Below are positions 52,945 to 64,000 of a stretch of DNA of 64,000 nucleotides, piece by piece. The notes beneath the pieces are model-generated. The model had not been told where the DNA came from. It did no database searches and saw only the letters and a list, made by a program, of their open reading frames with translations. The DNA is taken from NCBI RefSeq assembly GCF_006345805.1, contig NC_042999.1:137888001-137952000 (forward strand). Reading direction: 5' to 3'. The position numbers were made by a program, and so were the translations under genes. The stretch is from Octopus sinensis. Lineage: Eukaryota. Within the stretch, counting starts at the first letter, position 1. Each line of letters starts with the position of its first letter.

Positions 52945-55900
52945 ATATATATATTAGTCCACTCTGCTGGGTGGTTGGTGTTAGAAAGGGCATCCAGCTC
53001 CTGTAAAACCATCCAACCTATGTCAGCATGATGTTAAATGGCAATGATGATGATACACACACATATGATGAGTTTCTTTCAGTTTCTGGGCTATTGTAGG
53101 TGCCATGCAGTGGGGCTGAATATAAGACTACATAGTTGGCTTTAATATAAAAAGTATATCACCCTAATTCTGGTATTTGAGTATTATTTTTTCCACTTTA
53201 TTTTGCATTTATGTGCTTACTTGTGTGTGTATGCATATCATCATCATCGTTTAATGTCTATTTTCCTTGCTGGCATGGGTTGAATAGTTCGACTGGGGTC
53301 TGGGAAGCCAGGAGGCTGCACCAGGCCCCAATCTGATCTGGCAGTGTTTTTACAGCTGGATGCCCTTCCTAACGCCAACCACTTCGAGAGTATAGTGGGT
53401 GCTTTTTACGTGCCACTGGCACAGGAGCCAAGGGAGCTGGCCTTTGCCATGATCAGATGGTGCTTTTTATGTGCCACCGGCACGGAAGCTGGTCAAGGTG
53501 GCGCTGACATCAGCCATGTTCGGATGGTTCTTTTTACATGCCACTGGTACAGGAGTCACAACTACAATTTCCATTTGATTGTAACAAACACACATTAATG
53601 TCTATGTTTTTGTCTTCTCCGTATCTTGACATTTACATCGTGATTGAAGACAGTCACTGTCCATTCAGTGTTATTTGTTTAGTCTTTTGCAAAAGCATGA
53701 CTGACCATTGAGCTGTTTGTTGTTTGAGGGACATAGGGGAAATATTACTTTGCTTGGAAAAAGGTGAGGATTGGCAACAGGAAAAGCATCTAGCCATAGG
53801 AGAATCTGTCTCTACAGATTTCATCTGATCCATGGAAGCATAGAAAAGTGGATGTTTAAACAATGGTGATGATAATACACAATTTCAGTTGTATGGTCAA
53901 TAGTGTGGTCAATGCTTTTGATCATAGTTTCAGTGATAGGATATGAGCTTTTGATTGTTTAATACCAATTCAGTTCTCTGTCAACATTTCTGTGTCAATG
54001 AAGTAAAATTGTTTTAACTGAGAACTGAGGTTTATAGCAGGCTCTACCGACCACAAGGCTGCTACTTGTTATTTATTGCTTCCCATCTCATTTACAATTA
54101 ATAATCATATGTAATTTAGGTGAGTTGGCTGAAATAAGTGATTGACCTTTAACTTTGTTCTTCTGTCTTCTGAAATCAAATTTTGCCAAAGTCAGTTTTA
54201 CTTTATATTCTTCCATTCTCAGTAAAGTAAGCCCAGAATTATCCCTTCTTTATAATTAATTAGTTTTTGCTTTCTATATATGAAATAAAAAAAAAACATC
54301 AGTTGACATTTTATATTTTTAGATTTGGTCCGTAGAGCAACAAAAATTTGTCAAAAATTTTCACGAACATTCCAATTGGGTACGAATCGCAAGGTTTGTA
54401 AACATTGTCTTATAAATTATATAAACTGACTAAAGAAGGACATTACCTTGGATGACATATTCATGAGATTCAGTTTTGAATTAATAGAATTATTCTTCTT
54501 ACTGCCGTCTGTTTAACTGAAAATGCAGGTTCCTCTCCTATTTTAGAGTTGAGTAGTTAACTCAAGGAAAGCAACTAACTATAAAATAAATTTATCATAT
54601 TGCCTGTGGATCACAGAAGTAGGCCATACCAGGAAATTGTTAGTCTTTCAGTATATCTACTTTAATTAGATTAGTATAGAATATAACTTTCTCGTTATTT
54701 CACACAAAGCAATCTTGTGCATTTCCATACTTTCCTTAACTGCTTTCTTTAATTAAACTGTTCATTTGTATTACATTTTTGGTTATTTTTCTGTCTAAAT
54801 TCAAACTGTATTTTTTCCTTCAAAATCTGTTAAAGATTACTTATTGGCACATTTGTTTTATGTACTGTTTGTCTGAGATATTTTGCTGGTGAAATAGATT
54901 ATATCAGTAATCCACATTTAATTTAGCATTATTAAAGGTTGAGTCTTTGGTTTCATTGCAGTACATATGAATGACCTGTATTGGTTTTCTTCAAGCTTTT
55001 CATTAAATACATTTAGGGTTTGTATTGCAAATACAGGATTAGTTTTCAGTCAGGATATGAAGACCATTGGAGAAAGTGCCTGAAGAAAATTTAGAAAACA
55101 ATTCCTCTAATAATATACAAATTTCTAAATATGTCAGATCTATTCTGAAGTAAAACTATAAAAAAAAATAAAAATTTAAATGCTATATTTTAAGTGGCTG
55201 ATTATTTTCAAAAGATAACAAATTAAATTTAAATTCATGAATAAAATTTAGCCTTTTATATATCACAATCAGGTAATTGATAAATATTAGTTAAGATGGT
55301 TGATAGTCCACTAAAAGTATCTAGGGGCTAGGAAATTGCATTAAACCAGCTAGTGGATTAAACCTATTATTAAAAAAACTGGAACAATCTTTCTGATGGA
55401 CTTACTATTTCCATCTATCACATTTTACTTACAAGGCTTTGCACAGGTATCAAACCTGAAACCATATAGTTAGTCGCAAACTTCTTAACTACAGCCATAC
55501 TTGCATCCATGTAAAAAAAATTGCTACTTTGACAATATTACAGTAGTCTTCATTTGTCATTATTATATTGTGTTGCATTGGGGTTTACACTATTACAAGC
55601 TCACTTGGTGAGTATTATTGTGGCTTTTTTTTGTCAATAATACAGTGGTATATTTTGGTTAATTATACAGTAATTATGCATTATCAGATTAGTTATATCA
55701 TAGAGAAGGATTTTATAATCTAAAACTGTGAACATTGTTATTGTTCATTATGCATATTTATAAGCATATGTAAACCACATCTTATTGTTATTCTTTATAT
55801 TATCCTTTTTTTCATCTTATATTTAATTTATTTTAGGTTTTCGCATGACATTAATTTTGTGGCTTCAGGAGGTGATGACAAAACCGTGCGTTTGTTTGAT

Positions 55901-58900
55901 CTTCGTTCCAAAAAATGTGTACAAACACTCAAAGAAACAGGGTAAGTTTTGCTTATGGATTTCATTTCGTGGTTGTTTTGATTTCATTTCACTCCACTAA
56001 TGTTCTTGATGGCCTTGAGAAAGACGTTTGTCACATTGTCTTATTTTTCTACATATATATAAATCTAAAACCTGTCTATAATAGAACAGCAACCAAGGAA
56101 CTATTTTGCTTCTTTGCTACTTAAACCAAAACTAATGATTGGCTCTGTCTACCATTGACAAGGCCAAGGAAGGCTGAAATAATGTGATCTGGTACTGTCA
56201 ATAGCAGTGATTATCTCCCTCTAATGATATAAACAGAAGTGGTTATATACACCACAAAATCATATGAGAAGTTCTTTCCTGGTAACTATCTCAGTATTCT
56301 GTGTTGTAACACAACATCCACTTTTAAGTGGTGGTAAAAAATATTACTTTTTTGTATTAATACTGCGTTAGTCACCATTGATTATTTTTTTACAGTACCT
56401 ATTTGTTTTGGGAATTTAGAGAAGTAATACTTGATAATGATTGGATTTAATGATTGTTGTGTTCATTTTTTTCTATAAGCAAATGTTCTCTTTCACACAA
56501 TACACTCAATGTATAGTTGCTTATTTTATTAGGTGTTGTATCTTTGTATTTATTTTCCTGAATTTATTTCTACACCATCCTGTAGTTTTGGGTTCCTAAA
56601 ATGTTTGTATATCAGGCATTTATTTTCTATAAATTTCTTTACGACATGTTTCATTTGTCAAAGGGAATCTAAAAACTTTTCTGGCATTTTATATCAATGT
56701 AGACAGTTATCATCTCCAGAGAAAAACCGTTGTCTGTATACACATATTTGAACATACACAGAGCCTATGGTTATAGTACATGAAATGAAGAAGAATCAAG
56801 TCTCTTGGAGTTCTGTGGTGCAAATAACTTAGCCACTTGCAGTACTAACTTCTGGAAAATGGCCAACCACCTGATCAGCTACTACCCAGGTGGACATGCA
56901 AGCCAAATAGCCCTTATCCTCACTAGGAAACATCATAGACAGATGGTTGTGAATTTTAAGTCTTTCCTAGTGTTTAGTGACATTTAGATTAAGAGCTATA
57001 CAGACCCAGAGATGCAGATAATCTGGTGAAGGAAGTTATGAAAGCTGCCAGATGTAGGTTTAAACAAATGTTGGGTGGTTGCTGTATATTTTGAGAAGGA
57101 AGAGGCAATGAAAACATAGGCGACAACTAAGTGTGTCAATGAAACAAAGCTGCTCTGAGCCACAGACCACATCTGTGGATGGAGCAAGTTTCTAGATGTG
57201 GGGAGCAAGGAAGAGTATCAGTTAGTTAAAAGAGAAGTTAGACGTAGTTCAGAAAGAAGTAAGTGGTTTGCTAATGTTCTGCAAAGAGAGGAGCAGGGAT
57301 TTGAGGTGGTGTGAATTGCAAAGCAATGTGTCAGTATGAATTAAGATGTACAGGATGACAGTTATGCACTTGCCTTCACTAATAGTGGGAAAAAGGAGAC
57401 ACAAATATGAGAGGTTGCTGAATGAGGAGAAGGCATAGGAGAGAGGGACTATGCAATTTGATCCAACAAAGGATCAGTTACTGAATTTCACAGTTATAAG
57501 ACTGAAATGGCCATTAAAGATTTGAAGATAGGGAAAGTAGTCAGACCATTGGAGTTAGTTGCTGAGATGCTGAAAATATCTGAAGTAGAACACCTGCTAG
57601 TCAGTCAGCTGACAATAAGGGTTGACTTCAAATGACTAGTGTAGCTGTACCCTCATCAACTGTTACAAGGGTAAAGGAGATATGTTCTAGTAAAAAGCAA
57701 CTACTGAGGCATGACACTGATGAATCATGTACAAATAATTAGGAAGAAAATTAACTTAAAAAAGATGCAGCTTAAGTTTGTGTCAGGATGTGTTACCTTT
57801 GATCTCTGTTCTTAGATAACTATAGAAGTTTTTAGCAAAGAGAAAATCACTGTAGCAAGCATAGTATATAGTATGAAATATATAGTATCACCCTTACTGA
57901 AATTTGTATAGCCAATTACAATGGCTAAACAGACATTAGTTTAATTTCATCACTAATAGGTCTGCTGCTACTTTTCACTGAGCAAGTCACTGATACTTTC
58001 ACTGTTCCATTTAGCATCTGTCAAAGAATCTGATAACAAGTGTTTAAACAAATATGAAAATGACCATTTCATATAGTATTTTTCATCAGTATAATTTGTG
58101 TTATAAGTTTGATTAAATTTTATTTCACTGTCTGTGTAGTTCAGTTTGTGACCTCCAGTTTACCCCTGAAGATGTTTCACTTGCAACTGGTTGTAATGAT
58201 TGCAGTGTGAAGATTTGGGACTTAAGGATAAGGAGGAGATTACTTCATTTTGAGGGTGAGTAATTTGAGTGTGAAGATTTAAACTATTCAAATGCTTTTT
58301 ATATTAGTGACTTTAATTTCTATTTATCTGGCTGATTAGATAAAATACATTAAACCAGTGAATTTATGAAGTTCACAAATATTGAATAAGTTCAAATACT
58401 ATAGAGAGTTTTGAATTTTAGTATTTCAGGAAGAGGATATTTTTAAGGATATTTAGGACAACATTATCTATTGTATAATTTTCTTACTTAAGATAGTAGG
58501 GTGTGATTTGAAGATTTGCTGCTATTTTTAGCAAGTAGAATGGGTATGTAAAAGCTCACTTGTTGGGTATTAGATGAATGTGTGTCTGTTACATGTTTAT
58601 GCTATCTCATTCACTCTCACATAAAATTATTTTCATATTTGCATGCATTTATCACACAGACATGAACAATTTCATATACAGTGCTGTCACTTCAATGCTA
58701 AGCAACAACAAATCAGTCACAGTGGAAACTGGTCATTTGTAGTGTTGTTGTTGTTGACAGCATGTGGAGTTATGTGCTTTTCTCAGTCAGATTTGAGCCC
58801 ATAGCTATGTTTCATTTTTTTTTTAATGTCACAACCATTGTACCTCATATCATAGTAAGAAATGAACTTGTTTTAATTTGGAATAAACAAAATATATGTT

Positions 58901-61900
58901 AAAATCAATTAAAAAAGTTATGTTTTTTTTTCTTTTTACTTTTTATCAGATCATACTAATTCTGTGAATAGTATTTCAATTCATAACTCTGGTAAATATA
59001 TAATATCAGCAGCAGATGATAACACGTTAAAGATCTATGATCTGATTGAAGGACATCAATATTACACTCTTTATGGTCATAAGGTAGGTAAACAATCATC
59101 ATTATCATCATTTAATGCCTGTTTTCCATGCTGGCATGGGTTTGATGGTTTGACAGGAACTGGCATGTCAGCAAGAAGATTGCATTAAGCTCTGCCATCT
59201 GCTTTGGCATGGTTTCTATGGCTCAATGCCCTTCCTAATGCCAACCATTTTGCAGAGTGCACTGGGTCTTTTTATGTGGCACCAGCCCCAGCAAGGTCAC
59301 CAAGTAACTTGCAAGACAATGCTCCTTAACTGAGGGTACACCAGTTATTTGCAGTGAACTCTGTAGCAGAGAAGAAACATGGCTATCTCAGAGAAAGAAT
59401 GGAGAGAGAGTTAAAAAGAGGTGAGGTGAGGCATATACTCAAGTTACATGGAGGTGCATATAGTGAAGAGGACCAGGGATTGGAGAGGGTGAGTGGGCAA
59501 GTAAGTTTGCAAGATTGCATTAGGAGTGTGAGAGATGGAGTGGGGCACAAATAAGGAGAGATATGTTGTGGAGAAGAGACTCAGGAGGGACATATTGTGT
59601 GAGGTAGGTTCATGAGGGAGAATGGGAAATTGTGGGGAAGGGAGGGGAATACAGCGAATGGTGAGTGTAGGTGGGGAAAGGGTGGGGTGTGTTGGGCCTT
59701 GTCAGGAGACAGATTGCATACAGAGGAATGGGCATGGATGTAAAGGACATGTTTTTGTCATCATCATTTAACATCTGCCTTCCATGCTGGCATGGTTTAT
59801 GGTTACAATCTTACTTAGCTGGACAGGTTTTCTCAAGCACAGCAAATCATCAATTATCTGAGTCCTTTGTCTCTCCTCTGAAGTTCTGCATCTCAAGATC
59901 ATTTTTCTCCACTTTGTCCCATATTTTCCTGGGTCTTTCTCTTCCACTTATTCCTTCAACATTTTTGAGATTAGCACTTCATTAAGCAGCTGTCAAGCTA
60001 AGCCAAAGCAAAGAGACAACAGCACACATATATGTATGAGTGTGTGTGTGTGTGTGTTTATTCCATCCTTATTCTTAAGAAAGCATCTACTCTCTGATCT
60101 ACCACCCATGCTCTTATGCTCACCTTGTTCCTTGAGAGTTTACTCTAGCAACTATTCACTACCTTCCTCTTATCTTCTTCAGCTATATATTTCCTCTATA
60201 ATGACACTCCTGTGCTTGTCCCTCTATCATACTTTATTCTTTCAACATCTGGCACAAAACCACCCATCTCCCTCTTTCCCTCCCAAATGCTTTCTCTTAA
60301 TAGTGGGAGCCTTTTCCTTTTCTCTTTTCTTTTCTATTTTGTAAGTTACATGGCAAATTGACTAGTATTGGTAGCTCACAAAAAAAAATGCACCCAGTAC
60401 ACTCTGTAAAGTGGTTGGTGTTAGGAAGGGCATCTATCTGTAGAAACTATGTCAAAGATGACATTGGAGCTCAACAGAGCCCTACAACTTGCTGGTTCCC
60501 TGTCTTTACTTTGTCTTTGCATTTGGTTTACAAGATTCTTGATGTGAATACATGTGTTGAACAAATCTTGTCTTGGGAAGATCATTACACCAATAATAAC
60601 ACATGCCCAGTCCTACCCATGTTAACATGGAAAATGGACATTAAAGCATGATGATGACAAGCATGTTGATTCATAAGTGTTGTTTTATGTGATCATTTAT
60701 TCATTATTGCTATGGTCATTACCAGAAACACCTTCCTCTTTTTTTATTTTATTTATAATGTTTATTTTGAAAATTCATTCTTTAACATTTTTTCCTACTA
60801 GAATGGTGCAACTGCTTGTATTTTCTCACCAAATGGTAACTACTTTGCCTCAGGAGGAGGGGACAGTCAGGTATGTTGGCTGATTTCTTTAATTTATGAT
60901 TAGTATTGAGAAAAGGAAATAGAGCAGAAGAGCAAGTTTGTAAAACATGAGTGATGGATTAAATGCTTTTAAATGCGTTTTATAGTTGTAAATTGTGACA
61001 ATATATTTTCAAGCAAAATCTGTACTCACCGAGTTTTAGGGGAAAAGCCACCGAGCAAGCCTTTTTTGAGTGGTATTATTAAAAATGATAATTTCCTTAT
61101 TGGAATGTATTTAGAACATTTTAAGTATCTTCAGGAAAACAGGTGAGAGTAGAGAAGTCAACACTTAGTATTTCTTTATACTGTTACTGTAATGAAGCTG
61201 TATTTTACCTAATTTATTTTTGTTTTATTTTTAGTTCTTTTTATGTACATTTCTTTTCTTAATTTTCAGGTTCTAGTTTGGAAGACAAACTTTGATGTAG
61301 ATGATGTAGAAGTTCCAGCTTCTCAGATGCATGGTCTAACAGCTTATTCCTTTCCCCCTCCTGACTCTGAAGAAACTTTGCCAGAACAAGAGCATGATGC
61401 ACCTGCTAGAGCCAGTACTCCTGTTGGAGATGTAAGAGTTTTTTTTTTTCAAATACTTTTAGTTATCATCGCCATCTCATGTCCTCTTTACCTTTCTAAC
61501 ATGAGTTTGTAATTTTTCTTCTAATTCTTTGACTAATTCAACTATAAGAACTAGAATGTTGACAAAAAGGAGTTTGTACAGCAAATAAATCTTGAACTCT
61601 TTGTCAAGGTTTAAAGAACTGTGATAAACAGTAGAAGGCTGAGAATTAAACCCTGATGTAGGAGTGGGTTAGGGAGAAGAGGATGATAAGTGGCAATACA
61701 AAAAGCAGGGTGAAGAGCAGCAGCATAATAAAACTGTAGATAGATGAAGAATAAGATGATGTGACTAGGTAGGGTGGGGGAGTGAAAGAAGGATGTGCAA
61801 AGACAGAGATGGCAGTCTCAGTGACAGAGTACATATGGGTGGATATAATGTGTAACGAACAAAGATGGGTGCCCATTGATGATACATAGGAGAAGGTATT

Positions 61901-63453
61901 GTGAATGATAGAAGATATGGGAGGGTATAAAGGATTAGGTATGGTAGTCATAGTATGTAGATCATAGGAAAGGAATGTTCAGTGGACAGTAGAGTGGGAA
62001 AGGATGATACTAAAAATGAGGATTGGGTTACAAAAGGAGGTGGTTCCAAGGAAAGGGATAACTGATAGCATAAAAGGGGATGAAATATGTGGAGTTCTGC
62101 TGTCATAATTTCAGCAGCTGGATGAGTAGTACTGTAGTTAGAAGAATGGTGGAGGGATAGGTGTTAGAAAGATGAGAGATGGAGAAAACTTAACAGGGAC
62201 AGATTGGGTGCTGGGGTATATACGTAAACCATATGCTTTTAGGGCATCATTTCTGTGAAGATGCAATGGCTCTTCCCTGGTACAGCAAATCAGTAATCAT
62301 CTTGGTTCTTGATTATTTTCTTTGTGAAGTTCAAAACCTAAAGTTGGACTTCGCTATTATGTCTCACATCTTCCAAGGTCTCTCTCTTCTACATGTTCCA
62401 TCTACATTTAGTGATTGGCAGCTGTCCTCATCCATTTGTATTGCATGACCGTACCATCATAGTTTTCTCTCTTGCACATTATATCTGATTCCTCTTAAAC
62501 CCAATTTTTCTCTCAAAACATTTGTTGTTCACATCTAGTAGATGTTGTACATCTAGCAGAGCATGCTAGCTTCATTTCATTCTAGTCTTTGCCTGTGCCC
62601 TGCATTCAGGGCTCATCTCACTATTATGTAGTATTGCTGTCTGTACCCAAGAATTATACAATCTGCCTTTCATTCTGTGAGAGAGACCTTTTATTATCAG
62701 CAGAAGTAACAGTTCCCTGAACTTTGTCTGGCCTTTTCTTATTCTAGGACCTGTATGTTCAGAACATCCTATTTCACAGCTAATTAGGTCATCTAGGTAA
62801 TAAAAACTTTGCTACCACTAGGGATCCAACTGAGTATTTGAGTTAATCTGTTTTCCGTATGATTTTAGCATTTATTGCTCCTGCACATTTGCTACACACA
62901 AAGTCTATTTTCTCAGTTAACCTCCCTGTGATTCCACTGCACCTCTTATGTATTTATAGTTTACACTGGATACACTGTATAAAATTATACCTACACCTTT
63001 TCTAGGTAATGGGCATATTGAACAGGTCTATTTTCCTGAAGGGAGTTGAATCATAGAAGTGGCATGCCAGTACTGGACTTGGATACACTGTATGAAATTA
63101 TACCTACACCTTTTCTAGGTAACGGGCATATTGAACAGGTCTATTTTCCTGAAGGGAGTTGAATCATAGAAGTGGCATGCCAGTACTGGACTTGGATACA
63201 CTGTATGAAATTATACCTACATCTTTTCTAGGTAACGGGCATATTGAACAGGTCTATTTTCCTGAAGGGAGTTGAATCATAGAAGTGGCATGCCTGTACT
63301 GGACTTAATATAATTTTTCAAATTTTTTAACTCTTATTCAGGGAAATAACTAGTGTATCTAGAAATAATTTGCTTCAAATATTTCATTTTCTTTTTGCTC
63401 TGCAGACGGAACATGGTGATGGTGCTGCAGCTCCCATTCCTGCTGCACAAAAC
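46727..63453 (+). CDS. POC1: POC1-family WD40 centriolar protein (partial: first exon uncertain, 3' end beyond the window)
   Basis: Phase-compatible GT-AG exons: 46727-46811 ([28 protein letters not shown]), 49189-49268, 50900-50991 ([15 protein letters not shown]), 51610-51718 ([11 protein letters not shown]...TASDDKSVK), 54323-54393, 55837-55941, 58140-58255, 58950-59083, 60802-60870, 61270-61431 (VLVWKTNFD...), 63406-63453. Seven WD40 repeats followed by WKTNFD match the POC1A/B layout. Confidence 0.92.
47776..48002. mobile_element. piggyBac-type MITE inserted in an RTE fragment
   Basis: TTAA-CCCTTTTGTTAC...GTAATGAAAGGG-TTAA. Confidence 0.65.
48622..48844 (-). mobile_element. tRNA-derived SINE with a perfect 21-bp target-site duplication
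   Basis: B-box GAGTTCAAATTCC; tail TGTCCCCTCTGTGTTTAGCCCCTTGTGGGTAGTAAAGAAATAG; TSD ACTATATGTGCTTGCTGTCAA at 48601-48621 and 48845-48865. Confidence 0.9.
49434..49540. repeat. Compound microsatellite (TA)n/(GATA)n/(GA)n
   Basis: Directly visible; other (TA)n tracts at ~32945-32970, 33437-33493, 34935-34972 and 52897-52953. Confidence 0.95.
49828..50300 (+). mobile_element. Nested SINEs: a copy of the 48622 family (~49912-50138) inside another tRNA-headed SINE
   Basis: Outer element has A box TGGCTTAGTGGT and B box GAGTTCAATTCC and resumes after 50138; inner element is collinear with the reverse complement of 48622-48844. Confidence 0.75.
52130..52760 (-). mobile_element. RTE LINE 3' fragment
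   Basis: [62 protein letters not shown] plus the family 3' UTR. Confidence 0.85.
56790..57840 (+). mobile_element. Highly decayed RTE EN/linker/RT fragment
   Basis: [10 protein letters not shown]...[16 protein letters not shown]...ILTRK; collinear with 25730-26900. Confidence 0.65.
62967..63306. repeat. Three-copy 113-bp tandem repeat derived from an antisense RTE fragment
   Basis: GGATACACTG starts at 62968, 63081 and 63194; the copies are nearly identical. Confidence 0.95.
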
Positions 63454-64000
63454 GTAAGTCTTTATTGTTGTCTATATTTTCTTATTACAATATTGTTCTT
63501 CCTCTTCTTTTAAGCTTTTTGTCTTTCTTATTTGATGTTAATATTTCTGATTGACCTACTCAAGTACTGGATGGATTGCTATATTTCTTATAAAGCATCT
63601 AAGAAGGAAATATAACATCTCTTCTAACTTCAAAAATTGAAGTAAAATAGTGCATGTGGTTCTTGTTTAGCCTATAGTTAGGCATAATTGAATGAATTAA
63701 ACCATACCACTCATAACCATTCCATATTTTATGTATATAAGATTCATTGTCCAGTGTGTGCTTAACTTTTTAAGACAGTAAGGTATGATTTTAATGAGAT
63801 ATGACTACTATTTGTAGGAGGTTGAGCCACTGCATATGAGCTCTCTTGTTTGCTCTATATGGAGTAAAACTGTGGGACAAACTGTGTCTCATATACACCT
63901 GGTTTGAAATGATGGCATAAATAATAAAATGTTAATAAATGCACTGAACTCTTCACACTTTTTAACAGGCTTTCATTTAGAAATTAAACTGTCAATACTC

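Noticed and set aside
59340-59720. Purine-rich blocks (also ~27400-27600, 40200-40900, 61640-62220) giving hydrophobic ORFs
   Set aside because: Compositionally biased dispersed repeats; the ORFs are by-products of strand bias.

Overview
AT-rich, intron-rich animal genomic DNA; the repeat families suggest an octopod cephalopod (inference). Three host genes can be assembled exon by exon. eEF1A lies on the minus strand (463 aa, 5'TOP start, TATA box). MRPS14 lies on the plus strand (144 aa), head-to-head with eEF1A. A POC1-family WD40 centriolar gene lies on the plus strand, with 11 exons traced and the 3' end running off the window. The rest is mostly decayed mobile DNA: a Tx1/L1-clade LINE, many RTE fragments, three mariners, a hAT relic, piggyBac-type and foldback MITEs, and tRNA-derived SINEs. 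The most unusual locus is 36.7-40.1 kb. Two different retroelements that encode only ORF1 (gag-like CCHC) and no EN/RT sit head-to-tail in one target motif, which is present three times. That target lies directly beside a minimal hammerhead-ribozyme-like motif in a ~350-nt retrozyme-like repeat unit. Their 3' tail is shared with the local SINEs and with the EN/RT-bearing Tx1-like LINE. A separate hammerhead with a canonical core lies at 33909-34048. All calls are from manual reading; no searches or folding programs were run.
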